A stretch of DNA of 63,940 nt, the filler included, from Bigelowiella natans CCMP2755 (lineage: Eukaryota > Protista > Cercozoa): the NCBI GenBank assembly GCA_000320545.1. It is 5 parts of 5 records of this genome, joined end to end, with 100 filler letters (N's around TTAATTAATTAA, not from the genome) between each part and the next. Parts side by side here need not be neighbours in the genome. Positions count along the whole stretch, not along the records: positions 17,129 to 37,459 come from ADNK01002955.1; positions 37,560 to 57,357 come from ADNK01002129.1; 3 more parts are not named here. The stretch is one strand, 5' to 3'. Position numbers and translations under genes: made by a program. This document shows, piece by piece, positions 27,641-40,441 of the stretch (position 1 is the first letter of the stretch; every line of letters begins with the position of its first letter). The notes below the pieces were generated by a model, which had not been told where the DNA came from, did not search any database, and saw nothing but the letters and a program-made list of their open reading frames with translations.

Positions 27641-28434
27641 CGAAATCTCAGCGCAAAGAACGAAAGAGCAAAGTGTATATTCGATATAAATCAAGCCTTA
27701 TTTTTACATACGACAACATATATTTCTCCTTTAACTCGTAAATTCTCGACATTAAGGGCCACACAAAGGTTCGCTTCGGGGCTGGAAGTTCCACCGATGC
27801 CGACGGATTGATTTTTCGGATCTGCTGTCGCACCAATAAAAACCCAAAGGGCTACGCAACCCCCCCCCCAAATCCCTCTGGAGCGCCACGTGGCACGAAC
27901 GCTTGGGTGTTTCTGCGCTAAAGCGCCTCTTTGAGTAAGTCGTCAATAGCAAATTCTATGTAATTGGGAAAATTTGTTATTCATGTCGCGACCCGAAAAT
28001 TCGCAATATTTTTCTTTCCGCGAAATATTATACGTTTTCCCGAAAAGAAAAGAGCGGAAATTCTTTTAAAAATTTTAAATCCACTGGTGCCTGAGAGGGA
28101 TGGGATGGGGGGGATAGCTTAGAAGACGCGAGGGCTGGATGAGATTTAAGTGTGAAATCAGCGGATAAAATAAATAGTAGCACATAGCATGGGCTCATCA
28201 GTATTGAATTTGCCTCGTAAAGTCTTTTGTTGTAACAACAGATAGACGTGAAGCCAGAATTTGTGCGGCTACCATCTGCTCAGGTATGGTGGAAAGTTAT
28301 GCCACCACTTCATTTCAGTTCGAGAATATGTATATTGGGTCGTGGAGAGTCTGCATTTATTCTTGACGCTCTTTTTTACTGGGCATTATTATTAATTTAC
28401 GCCTACAACAACTGATGAAACAGACCGCTTGAAA
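27641..28434. promoter_or_regulatory. Putative bidirectional promoter region
   Basis: About 800 bp between divergent starts of ACC and the glycosyltransferase; AT-rich core with TTTCCG/CGAAA words and no microsatellites. Confidence 0.4.
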
Positions 28435-29938
28435 ATGGATCGAGCGGCCCCAGGCTTGGTAGCACTTCTCTGGATTGGGGCTGTTTTATCTTTGGTGCAA
28501 GAGGCTCCGTTAGCATCGGCCATTGTCTCTCCATTGGCAGCCTCAAATGCTCGTGGCCTTCGGAAGACGGCAAGATCGAATTCCTCCTCGGCCCATTATT
28601 CAAATGGAAATATTGGACAGGTTGGCCAGGTCGTCAATTCAGCGACAGTTGATACTGAGAATAGAAGCATATAAATTGTGGCTAGGGAGTCGGACCTACG
28701 TCGTGCACTCTTAGTATGAGAGTATTAAATGTTGCTATTTTCCTTCATATTTTAATTGTTCTCCCTCTGCTGCCTATGTATTTTTCCGAAGGGACGCGGA
28801 CCGCAGGCAGAGGATAATCCCTTTGCTTCCTCCTCGTCCTCTTTCAACCGACGTATGATTCGCGATGTTAACACCACGAAGCTACTAGCGAGATATGAAC
28901 AGTTCCACAAGGAGAACATCGGCCGTCCTGGCACCAAGTAGCACTCACCAACCTATTAACCCGAGCAGTGACCTCCATTACTTGTTTACAACTTTTTCTT
29001 CATAAAATGATCAACAGTACCCGTGTTAAAGTTATCTGCCGCTCCCTCCCTGCCTCCCTCCCTCCTCCCTCCTCCCTCCCTCCCCCCTCCTTGATATATT
29101 ATAAGGTACCTCATATATTCATGCGAGGGTGATAGGGTATGTGGAGGAATGGGGGATAGGATACGAGGCCTTTCTACTATACTCTGGGCTGCTGTCCTAA
29201 CCAAGAGAGTTATGCTGATCCGCTGGACTAGCCCGTTCAACATCACGGAAGCCTTTTCTCCAAGGCAGATCGATTGGAACCGACATGACTTGTGTCCTCA
29301 CACCGTTGGAAAGGAAGAAAAAGGAGACGACACCGATTTTATGGATCTTCAAATAAACGGAGTTGAGAAAGACGTTCTCTACGACTCCACCATTTTAAAG
29401 AGGCACAAGGAGATTTACGATCGCCTGCAGAACCGTACTGCGAGCTGCCTCTTCGCGTACGCGAACACAGACCTGTTCAATCCATTACTGCTAGACATGA
29501 AGTCGTCGGTCGACGACGCCGGCGTTGTCCCGGCATCTCCTGGCGACTTCGGATTCACATCACGTTCGGAGCGCCTGCGAGTCGCCACGTAAGCTGATAA
29601 TGATTCATTTTGCCATTCGTTCGCATGCTCACGTCGGCGTTCGTGTGAATGCCATATGCTCTTTTTTTTAAGGTATTTTGAGTCGCTGCTAGGGAGCACG
29701 TTCAAATTCTTGTTGGCAGAGACCCCACGGCTGTCCGCTGCAATCAACAACGAGCAGATATTTCTGAACAACAAGGGCGTGTCCTCTGTGGCGATTCATT
29801 TCCGCACGGGGTTCGCCGGGTCGAACGTTGGCGTCCAAGACTTTTTCAACATGTCTAATCAGCCCCAACATCTCAACCAGTTACGACATAGCACCAACTT
29901 CCATAAAACCATATAGCAAACTCTTTCTGTGTAATTAG

Positions 29939-29978
<40 letters not shown>

Positions 29979-30520
29979 GTCCCCGACCTCTCAATATCTT
30001 CCACTCACTGCTTTCCTTTTCCTTCCTCCCCTCTACCTCTACACAAACCTAGGTTCGACCAGTTTAAGTCGTGCGCTAGCAATCTGCGCGGCGTTGTACC
30101 GATGACAAACATCAGCTCAGACGTCTATCTTGCTACGGATAGTCAGATGGCGCGCGATAAGTATTGCTCCGACTCGCACATTCTGTGTAGTAATGTAAGG
30201 CCGACTCACATGGATATCGGGTCTAGTTCGCACGTGTACCGAAAGCGACGGGGTAAGGAAAAGGGGGAGGAGCATCAACACGGCGGCAGCAGCAGCAGCA
30301 CCACCACCACACACAGCGATGCAAAGCCTCGTGGATGGGATGGGCTGCTGGAGCTGATGCTACTTGCTCGCTCCCCTTGCCTCGTAATGAGCTGTTCAGG
30401 TCAGCGCTACTATTTCTGATGGATGAGGGCGCGCACACAACACACATCAACTCATGCAAACACGCAAAGACGCACGTATCCGACACGTAACAATCTAGTA
30501 ATACTTAAAACGATATAATA

Positions 30521-30555
<35 letters not shown>

Positions 30556-32666
30556 GTTGTAATTTACACATAGCTCCAACTCATCTAGAACACGCCTAAA
30601 ATCTTAGGGATGAGTCTCGTGGCCGCTCACATTGGCGATGCTTATACGAATCGGTGTGCATACCGCGGATTCGACTGCCAGCCCTTCGAGAATAAAGTGT
30701 CGTGCGTGTCCGAGTCAGCTATATCGCAGCACACATGGCTTACAGACACGCAGCGTGCGAACCTCCATCTCCTTCTAAAGCAGCGTCGGTCAGAGCAGAC
30801 GCGCGACATCGTGCTGCTCTTTACAAACGCAGGATATACCAACCTAACGATGAATGCCCTCTGCTCGCTCAAGAACGTGAACGTGGAGAACTTCCTCGTT
30901 ATCTCCTATGACCAAGAAGGCTGCCGTTTGCTGGAGAATCAGCTTGGGGCTGGATGGGGAGCTTCTTCTTCCTCCACATCATCAAACAGGTTTTGTACTG
31001 TTATGGACTGGCCAGAATCCTCCTCCAGGTACGGCTCTAACGCAGCAAACTTCGGAAGTGAAAGCTACAAGAACATGATGAGGGGCCGCTCAATCTGGAT
31101 CTACGAGGCTCTGAAGAGCGGAACCAACGTGCTCTTCATGGACTCGGACATCGTAGCAGCTCAGAATCCATTTCCCTACCTTCACCACGGCGACAACACA
31201 GGGGGTGAGGAGGGGGGGGCAGTCGATATTCAGCTGCAATTAGACCCGATGTTCGGTGCGGAGACGTCCCCGGCTCATGTGCCAGTGAACGGCGGGTTGT
31301 TTTATATCAGAAGCACTTTGCAGTCCAGGAATCTCGTGGCGCAGACGATGAATGTGATAATAAAGTCACGAAACTTGAACGACCAGGATGCCCTGAACCT
31401 CGCGGTACTGCGACAGAAAGGCCTGAGCTATCGGATCCTCCCCCCCTCTCTGTTTCCCAACGGCATTCGCTTTTACCGACGCGAGGTTGCGTGGGAGCAG
31501 CAGCAGCAGCAGCAGCAGGCTCCTTCATTGCTCGCCACAGACAGTAGTATTGCTTCTGGTGTAGATACGACGGCACCAATTATGATGATGCATAATAATT
31601 ACGTCACTGGGATTGCAAGGAAGATTCAGCGATTCAAGGCCTCAAGACTTTGGTACCTGTCCCCAGATGGTCAGTCGTGCTCGGCGCCAACGAAGGAGAA
31701 GATCGTGGATGCGGAGCGGGTGGTTGAGGGGGGCATGCAGCAGCAGCAGCAGCACCATGGGGGGGGGCAAGACGACAAAAGAGAAAGAATCGAGGAGGAA
31801 GGTGGAATGAAGCGATTATACGTCGTTGTGCTGGGAAATAAAAATGAGGCGCAGCTGCCCTTCATCGTCAATGTTATGCTCAGAGAGGTACTGTCAAGAT
31901 AATACAGGAGGGGAGGGCTAATAATATGTACTTGAAACATTCTCTCTCTCTTTGCCTCTCCTGCTGTCTATCATCCTATCTATTTCTCCCTCCTCCTCCT
32001 CATTCATCTTCTTCTTTCCCCTGCCCACCTACTGCTAGGTGGAGGCGGACATCACGATCGTAAAAGGGCCAACAGAACAAGAGATCACCAAAGGCACTAA
32101 CATACCACAGCATCCATATCAAAATGAGTCTTATATTCTGGTCAAGACTCCCTCGTTCGCTGGGTCAGCAATGAGCGCATACATGAAGATTGCGCTTGGG
32201 AAAAGGTATCATCATTGTCTCTCCTCCTCCTCCTCCTCCTCCTGCTGCTGCTGCTGCTGCTGCTGTCTGCCTCCTTTAAAAATATAATCTTTAAATATAT
32301 TTGATACTTGAAGAAGGGGGGGTGGGGAGATTAGTTACTCGTGCACGCCATCGTGCTGCGCGTGACAGCTGCCACTTGGAATATTCACAATGGTCTTCAT
32401 TTCAAACCCTCCCCACCCCACCCTGACTACTTGAAAAGTCAAAAAAAGATACTGGGAGCGATTCATCTTGGAGATAACAGATGCTCGGAAGATCTTTCAT
32501 GGTAGTAGTAGTAGCAGCAGCAGTAGTAGTAGTAGTAGTAGTATTGAAATTATAGCAGCTCACTACCAGCAACCCAACACATATATACGATGACAAACCA
32601 TTCCATTCTTCGATCAAGAAGCTCAGCTACCTCGTGCTCCTCCATCTCTACTCCTTGGACTACTCT

Positions 32667-32705
<39 letters not shown>

Positions 32706-33049
32706 TACATTTGTAATATTTGCTTGGACACCATCATAGGTATAACGATGCATCGTTCATTTTCCGCCAATTCATCTGCCCTTCCCGACGAGGGGTCAAG
32801 GTAGATAATAGGCCATAGCATGTAGTGGTAGTAGTAGTAGCTGTGCGTAGATGCTGAGGAGGAGGGAGGTGTGAGAAAACTTGGTCGTTGTTCGTTTTTT
32901 CACCGTAGTCTGCGGTTGGGCAGTATTGAAACGACGACTGCTATGCATATTCACTTACACTTGGATCAGCAACCACCAAACAGAAAGTGAATGATGATAT
33001 ATCACCGCACGCTCCCAAAACTCACACTGGAAGGAAAGGAAGATGAGAA

Positions 33050-33090
<41 letters not shown>

Positions 33091-33329
33091 GGGTTGGAGA
33101 GAGTGATATTACAACAACTCTATCACCCGCTGCCCATATTTACGTTGATTCGTTTATATTCGCAGAATGATAGCATTGTGGAGCAAATGCCAGTGGGATA
33201 TTCTGACGCTGTGAATGCGGTACCCCCTCATGAAAGTCTCTGGCTCACTGCGAGCGAGAAGCCGGTCGGGATCAACTACATCGAAGGTGTGTGTCGTGTC
33301 CTGCTGATGATGCTGATAGTGAAGGATGA

Positions 33330-33374
<45 letters not shown>

Positions 33375-33407
33375 AATCTTGACAACTGCTGAATGAAAAG
33401 AGAATAT

Positions 33408-33448
<41 letters not shown>

Positions 33449-33479
33449 ATATGTAAATGTGTGTGTAAATTATGTATAC

Positions 33480-33518
<39 letters not shown>

Positions 33519-33849
33519 CGCTAACGAGTTCTGAAATGAAACCTACATTTTGCAGCGCTATCATCCTCCTCCTCGCCGTCGTCGTCGGATGGTCCTGCCT
33601 CGCTCTTATCCGATAGCCAACTGAGCTTGTCGGAGATATTCTCCAAAGATCCAGCGTTTCTGGACGGGCTAGAGTATAAGGTGGTACTACTAGTAGTAGC
33701 AATGTGTACTGCCTTGACCAATATACCTGTCACCAATAGACGACGCCATGTAAAATAATAGTAATAATCATCACAACATCAACAACAAAAAAGGAGGTGA
33801 CTGTTTTCAAACCAGTATTTGATTTCATACTCATGAAAGCGAAATACTT

Positions 33850-33883
<34 letters not shown>

Positions 33884-34532
33884 AACAACTCAGCTACACG
33901 GTTATGATCCTTCTGCCAAAGACGGCGCCAACCTGGGAGGAGGAAAGGGGTGGAGAAATCTCGGGGAGGCTCGAGCGTCAGTACCTGCGCAATCTACAAA
34001 TCATCATCAAGGAGATCCAGCTGAGGTTGGGAGCAGTGCTGCTGATAATAATGGCGACGATGCCAAGGAAATGGCGTCGCCATTGAAGATGGCCATCGAG
34101 AATGTCAGTTCCGAGCGCTATCGCCAAACGCTACTTCAATCAGCCCTCACCCTCTGCCCCAAGACCGTAAACATCGAAACGTCGTGCATCTATGACTCGA
34201 TGGAGGTCGGCAGCATTCCCGTGATGATCAAGGACGCTGAGGCGAGCAGCTGCCTCCCCTCTCTCATCTCTGACAACTCGGGAGTGATATGGCTCAAGAG
34301 GTGGAGTGAGCTTGCCCACATGATCAGTATCATGTATACAACGGAGGATGGGATGCGATTTCCATCACCTGAAATGGATCGCCTGCAAACCAAGGTTAGA
34401 TCGGAGTAGAAAGAACAAGTAGAAGAAGAGACCGTGCTTTTGCTGGGCGACCCCCTCCTTATGTGCTGTCAGGGGGAGGGTGGTGTGGAAGTGGGGAGGT
34501 GTGTGCGCGCCATTGTGTTGTACTTGAACATA

Positions 34533-34564
<32 letters not shown>

Positions 34565-34701
34565 AGTGTCGTTGGCGACCATCTCTGTTTTTTCTTGAGA
34601 AGCATCATCATTTCTCTCAGGTGATGGAAAGTTGGAGCGGCATAAAGAACGAATTGGCGACGAGATTCCATGAAATTCTGAACAAGCACTGGAAACGCTA
34701 G
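28435..34701 (+). CDS. Secretory-pathway triple glycosyltransferase: alpha-fucosyltransferase-like + GT77 nucleotide-diphospho-sugar transferase + RXYLT1/TMEM5 (exostosin-related)-like, ~1255 aa
   Basis: 13 exons (28435-28620, 28792-28937, 29106-29588, 29673-29879, 30053-30399, 30608-31887, 32039-32205, 32439-32501, 32740-32800, 33166-33286, 33556-33680, 33894-34394, 34621-34701) total 3768 nt in frame. Hydrophobic leader. FucT motifs [40 protein letters not shown]77 motifs [37 protein letters not shown]1-like motifs [33 protein letters not shown]. Confidence 0.85.
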
Positions 34702-35419
34702 TGTAGTAGCCATCATCATCAGCAGCAGCAGCAAACCATTCGAGTCCACAGTATATGCGTAGCTATCATGCGTGCTTCTACAATCACGACGTCACAAGCG
34801 ATACCATCTGATGAAAAGCCATTTATTTTAAAAGACTCTAGTAGCAATCAATAACTTTGAATTAACAGCCGCACACGGTACCTCTGCTGAACCGAGACAA
34901 AGAAAGAGAAATCACCCTTCATGAAGCATGAAAGGTGGTAGGTTTAGACATTTATTAAATATAGTTTCCTGGGCGGTATTCACGTTACAATGCTGCGATA
35001 CTCATGCATGATCGACAGAGTACCTGTATATGCGCATACGACGCGGCTGAGCGTGCTACAATGAACAATAGAATTCGAAAAATAGCTCGCCGTCCATGCA
35101 TTTTGCAGCTAAGCTGCGTATGCATTTTGGGGCTGATTATAATTGCTTTGGAACACTGGGCCGTGGGCAAACGCGCGCACGACGTCGATGCCAACGATAT
35201 CCAAGTCGCACCTGACAGGTAGCAACGCTCAAGCTAGTCAAGTCGTCGATGGTATGTCGCAGCCAGTCGTAATAATAATATATGAATGCATCATTATTTC
35301 TGGATATGTGCTGCTCTCTAGCTGGGGTGGGCACGTGTCGTGAGAGCACAATATGGCACGATATATTCGATCAAAATGATTACCATTCGGACATGTATAG
35401 CTAGGCTTGCGAGTAGTAC

Positions 35420-35559
35420 GTCATATCGGTAAGTAAGCACTTTATAGAGAGTCGTCTTTACGTTTGGCAGCGCAGCAGCAGCCCTGTCATGTAGTAAGTT
35501 ACCACTTTATAGAGTGCCGACATTGGCAACGCAGCGGCAGCAGCCACGCGGCGTCATGT
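35420..35559. repeat. Imperfect ~66-bp tandem duplication
   Basis: GTCAT..GTAAG..CACTTTATAGAG..TTGGCA(G/A)CGCAGC..GCAGCC occurs twice, followed by a third GTCAT. Confidence 0.7.
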
Positions 35560-35766
35560 GCAAGCCGTATGTGTGCAGCGGTCTCAAGATTATGTATGCA
35601 GTGAGATCATTAATAGCGATAACTTTAGATGCTCTGTCGCTAGCATGTGCAACTTCCTAAAATCCCATTTCCCAGGAGTACTGGTGGTGTACGTGCATGC
35701 AAGACGCCGTGAATACTGAAAAAATAGCATTGCACTGCTTGTCCCAGCAGATACATGTATAATATA

Positions 35767-35809
<43 letters not shown>

Positions 35810-36001
35810 ATACACAGGATTTGATGGATTTACAATAGAAACACATCGAGCACGTCGCTGTAATTTCACTGTCGATTTGTATCACACATACAAATATAAA
35901 TGCTGTGTCCTGTGGAGGAAAGATCGTTCTGGCGGCCACGAATAGTCATACTATATTTATACAAATACTAATAAAATTAAGACTATCGGAGTTTTGCACC
36001 A

Positions 36002-36063
36002 CTATGTAAGGAGAAGTTCGTCGCTAAGGATTGTGTACGTCTCCTCCTGAACCTCCCTGTTTT

Positions 36064-36096
<33 letters not shown>

Positions 36097-36636
36097 CATC
36101 TATATCCGCCCCAGCTACTGCGACTGCTGCTACCGCTGCTGCTGCTGCCTCTGCAATATCATCTAATTTCTTCAGCTCTAAGGTATTATCGTCTAATTCA
36201 ATATTGTCTGCTATTAAGATACCAAATCCTCCTCCTCTCTGCCTTTTGTTCGCCGGTGTAACAAGCTCTTTCTTTTGTTGTTGTAGCTCTGTGTTATCCT
36301 TGCTGCTGCTCTCCTCTACCTTCAAAGTACCACCACCAGCAGCAGCAGCAGCAGCAGAGTTAGTGGTCGGGAGAGGAGGAGGAGGCCGCCTATCTATCAA
36401 CGGAAAGTGACGCTGGCGGATGAACTCAGGAGCTGGTCCGGGCGGAGGGGGGGGGCGAATGGCTCTGGGATAGATCGACAAGAAGGACTTGATCCTATCA
36501 AGAGGCTTGCTAATATGCTGATGCAGCGCCATTGTAAGCTCCTCCTCCGTCACACAAATCACTAACAGTTGGAGGCGAGGAGGGGGGTGAGTGTGAGGGT
36601 TTGCTCTTCATTGCAAGGAATTGTACAATATTTATT

Positions 36637-36683
<47 letters not shown>

Positions 36684-37338
36684 GCATAGACAAATAGACA
36701 AGAGGGGAAGGCGATGGGGGGCTACTATTGTCAAGCGTTCTTTTCTGGACAGTCGCATAATAATTCTCTCAATAAACACATCATAATCGTCATCATTCAC
36801 GTGATCATTATTCGGGCTTGATTACTTACTTACTTACTTACTTACTAACTTCCTACCATGTGAGAAGTCGAAGTAGGAGGCATTGCACTCGAGGAAGTTT
36901 CGATCGAGAAGCATGAAAGCAACACAGTAGATCTCAGAGAAGGCATTTTGCCATTTAGGGGGCGGGGGTAGTGATAGATAGACCAGTACCGATGATTGTT
37001 TCTCGTCGTCATCATCATCATCATCATCCTCACCATCATCTTCACCATTATCATCATGTTGCTTCCTCCTGCTTCTCCTTCCTCCTCCTCCTCCTCCTCC
37101 TCCTCCCTGTGATAGGTTTCTCCTACTGCAACTTCCTTTTACTTCTACTCCTCGTCGTCTTTCTCGTCCTCCTTCATTGTCTTTGCTTTCTACGGCTACA
37201 ACTACTACATCCTCCTCCTCCTCCTCCTTGAGTTGTTTCTCCTTTGTTCTATCTGCTGTAGTCTTATCCCTACCCCACCGCGCGCCCTCGAGCTCTGCAG
37301 CGACCAGGGATGGCCATAGCGAATACGGCTTAAGATCT
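36002..37338 (-). CDS. ELMO/CED-12 domain (ELMOD-like) protein, 3' fragment
   Basis: Exons 36857-37338 and 36002-36561 splice to AFSEIYCVAFMLLDRNFLECNASYFDFSH|VICVTEEELTMAL, matching the C-terminal ELMO-domain pattern F..lYC.aF...D..w....AsY.eF..V...t...L. The 5' part is missing at the gap. Confidence 0.75.
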
Positions 37339-37351
37339 CTGCGTGCATGCA

Positions 37352-37459
37352 TAGGGGAGGAGGGGGAGGAGGGGAGGAGGAGGAGAAGCAGGAGGAAGCA
37401 TCATGATGATATGTGAAGATGATGGTGAGGATGATGATGATGATGATGACGACGAGAAA
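37352..37459. repeat. Inverted near-copy of 36999-37108 at contig end
   Basis: Reverse complement reads TTTCTCGTCGTC(ATC)n CTCACCATCATCTTCAC..TGCTTCCTCCTGCTTCTCC, near-identical to 36999-37108 with a few indels. Confidence 0.85.
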
Positions 37460-37559
37460 NNNNNNNNNNNNNNNNNNNNNNNNNNNNNNNNNNNNNNNNN
37501 NNNTTAATTAATTAANNNNNNNNNNNNNNNNNNNNNNNNNNNNNNNNNNNNNNNNNNNN
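37460..37559. other. Assembly gap with six-frame-stop linker
   Basis: 44 N + TTAATTAATTAA + 44 N. Confidence 0.98.
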
Positions 37560-37808
37560 TCCGAGGGGGTTTCAGTGTATTATAAAGAATAAGAACCTGT
37601 TTTTACACACGCCCGAGGAGGTAGTAGCGTGTAAAGCCAACCCCCCCCCCCCCCCGCTAACGGAGGCGGTGATTGGGTGACGATACGCATGATTTTGACC
37701 AAACTTGTTCCCCCCGTTTGTGCTTTTCCCTGTCCATTTCTCTGCCCCCCCCCCCCTGCCTCCCCCCCGTCCTGTTCGTATGGCGCAATCCATCCTCAAT
37801 GAGACAGA

Positions 37809-38067
37809 TTCATCCCGACAAAACGCGATTGAAACGGCTGTTGCACAACGGGCATCTTCACATCATCATGCCCAAGGTTCATTGGAGGAAAGGTAGTAGT
37901 AGTAGTAGTAGTAGTAGTAGGGAGGTTATATCGATTTGTCAGTGAAGTCAGTCGCCCTTGTTTCGAGATTGCACGCCTTCGTAATTTGTGTGTACGTGTG
38001 CGTGTGCGTGTGTAACATATATAACTACATTGATGCTATTTTGAGGAAGCGCGTAAGAAGAAATGCA

Positions 38068-38113
<46 letters not shown>

Positions 38114-39066
38114 ATAAACATATGTATAATATGTGTACATGAAGGAGCAGTGGGCCTGAGACCATAACAATTAGCAGCACTGTATCTCTGCATATGTGAA
38201 TAGTGCAATAGACAAGAGTATCGAAGAAGAAGAAGAAGAAGAAGAAGAAGAAGAAGAAGGGTTCTCATATTCCTTTTTTTTCCCCCTTCCAAACCATCCT
38301 TCCCCCCCCCCCCCCTCCAATGCTACGGTTTGATCAGGAAAAGTGCTCGGAAAGAAAGGTCCTTCAGCACGCACACATATCAACTTATTATATGTTATAA
38401 ATATTATCTATGTATAAAATTTAATATATATAATGTTTGTGTGTGTGTGTGTGTGTGTGTGTCTGCGCGGGCGCGTGTAGTTAATAATATCGACAATCAT
38501 CGGTGTTCTCCTCCTCCACCACCACCACCATGCAGGTGATGAGAATCTGCCAAAAAACGTGAATTCTACCAAACAAGCGAGGGAGGAAGAGCTTCAAAGA
38601 AGGTGGTGGTGCTGCTGCTGCTGCTTACGGTGCTTGTTCTCGATGCCTTCCGTTATTCAGCAATCAGGGCTCCTAGCTGGCCTCTCGTTTATGAGCATTG
38701 GGATACTCCTGACTGAGATAATGTTACTACCTTTAAACAACTAAATTAGGGAGAAGCTCGCCGTAGACTACAGGAACATCATCTCCAATAATAAGAAGGT
38801 CTGTCTGCGTATGGGGGGGGGGGAGGGTAGGTGTATGTGGAGGGTAAAGGTGGAGGGGGGGGGGACCCCTGATATTTTTCGATATGATATAGCACATCAT
38901 TTGAATTCTTCTGTTGGTTGGCCATTTCACTCCGCACTGCGGCCGTTCTCACATTTTGGCATCTGTCAGGCAAAGGAGAAAGCAGAGGAGGCGAGGATGG
39001 TCACGGGGAACATCGGTGAGTGTTTCCTTCCATACCTGTCGCTCTTTTCCTCCTCTCTCCTTCCTC

Positions 39067-39098
<32 letters not shown>

Positions 39099-39512
39099 CC
39101 CCCCCCTTCCTGACAAAGATCCCACAGCACCTATCAAGTCATAGCAATACCCACTCTTCAATCATCGCGCTGCCGTCATTACTTTTATTATTATTATTGT
39201 TGTTGTTGTTGTTATTCTGAACATTGTCGATGCGACGGAGTTGCCTACGTTGGTGATTTGGCGTGGAGGCGCTTAGTGAGCGACCTTTCTCAGCTTTCCG
39301 TCCTTACTATTCATTTATTATTCTCGATATACACGTTCTGCTCCTCTGAAAGACGTTCATTGTCCGATTGCCACTCAGGGTTCCTGACACATAAACGGGC
39401 CTACGAGCTTGAGGAGACGTCGAAAACCGCTTCTGCTGCCGATGCGAAAGATGACGGAAATGAGAGCAGCGATTGTGACGAGGACGACTCTGAAGTCCCG
39501 CCTTTGATGTAA
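37809..39512 (+). CDS. 3' fragment of a hypothetical protein, possibly J-domain (HPD motif)
   Basis: Phase-compatible exons IHPDKTRLK..WRK|GDENLPKNVNSTKQAREEELQR|REKLAVDYRNIISNNKK|AKEKAEEARMVTGNI|GFLTHKRAYELEE..DEDDSEVPPLM*. The J-domain call rests only on HPDK. Confidence 0.45.
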
Positions 39513-40168
39513 ATTCTTATTGATAGTACCAATGCATATGTACATCTAGACATGTTGCCGGGCATGAGCAGAGCTACTCGCTCGTGTGCATCGATAATTA
39601 TGTAACAACGTAATTAGTAAGGCTGCATGCATGCAGCGGCTATAACAGCGGCTATAACTACTACACTGCGCATGATTACGAGCTACACTAACTAGTACGC
39701 ACAAATCTCATCGATCTGTACGTCAAATGCTATGGACCAGCGTTACAAAATACATTAATTAATAAGCTACATTCTCAAGGCAGCAAATTATGTTATTCGG
39801 TGCAGCAGCTCATCTACAGGCTAGCAGGCATGCTTGACGGCACAAATGGTAGCACGCACATGCATGGTCTGCCCGATGCATGCATATATTTGTAACATGT
39901 GATTATAGGATATTGTAGCGTGCAGCACGTTTAGTGAGTAGCTAGGCGCTGCTATTGAACATGCTTTAGATTTCGATAGGGGCATTAGACCGTGCGTCGT
40001 ACGTGCGCATATAACTTAATATGCTGTAGCAATACCACAGCGAAGTTACTCTGTTATTGCTTATATTCGTCTTACTGCACAAAGTATTATATATATTCAG
40101 CTAAAGAAGAGCTCATCATGATGCGGGTCGAACGTAGCATTTCTAATACTATACCGATGCTCCGTCCT

Positions 40169-40406
40169 TCATTGTCGCCGTCTGAACTCCCTCGTTGTAC
40201 CATGGCAGTTGCTCTCTATGATCTCACCTCTTCTGGAGAGCGTGATGCGTTGGATCTGATCCGAATTGGAAGGGACTCGAATCTGCAGGCAGAAAACGCC
40301 CATGTCGATATACTCAAATAAGGACGAAACTCTGAGCCCCGCACAAAGTCGCAAATTGCGGTGCCACACAGCCAAAGAGCAAGGCAAAACGTATATAACA
40401 CCAAGC

Positions 40407-40441
<35 letters not shown>

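Noticed and set aside
39634-39657. 12-bp tandem duplication CAGCGGCTATAA, and ACAAATGTGCAT repeats at ~44665-44715
   Set aside because: Simple slippage duplications with no spacers, so not CRISPR-like.
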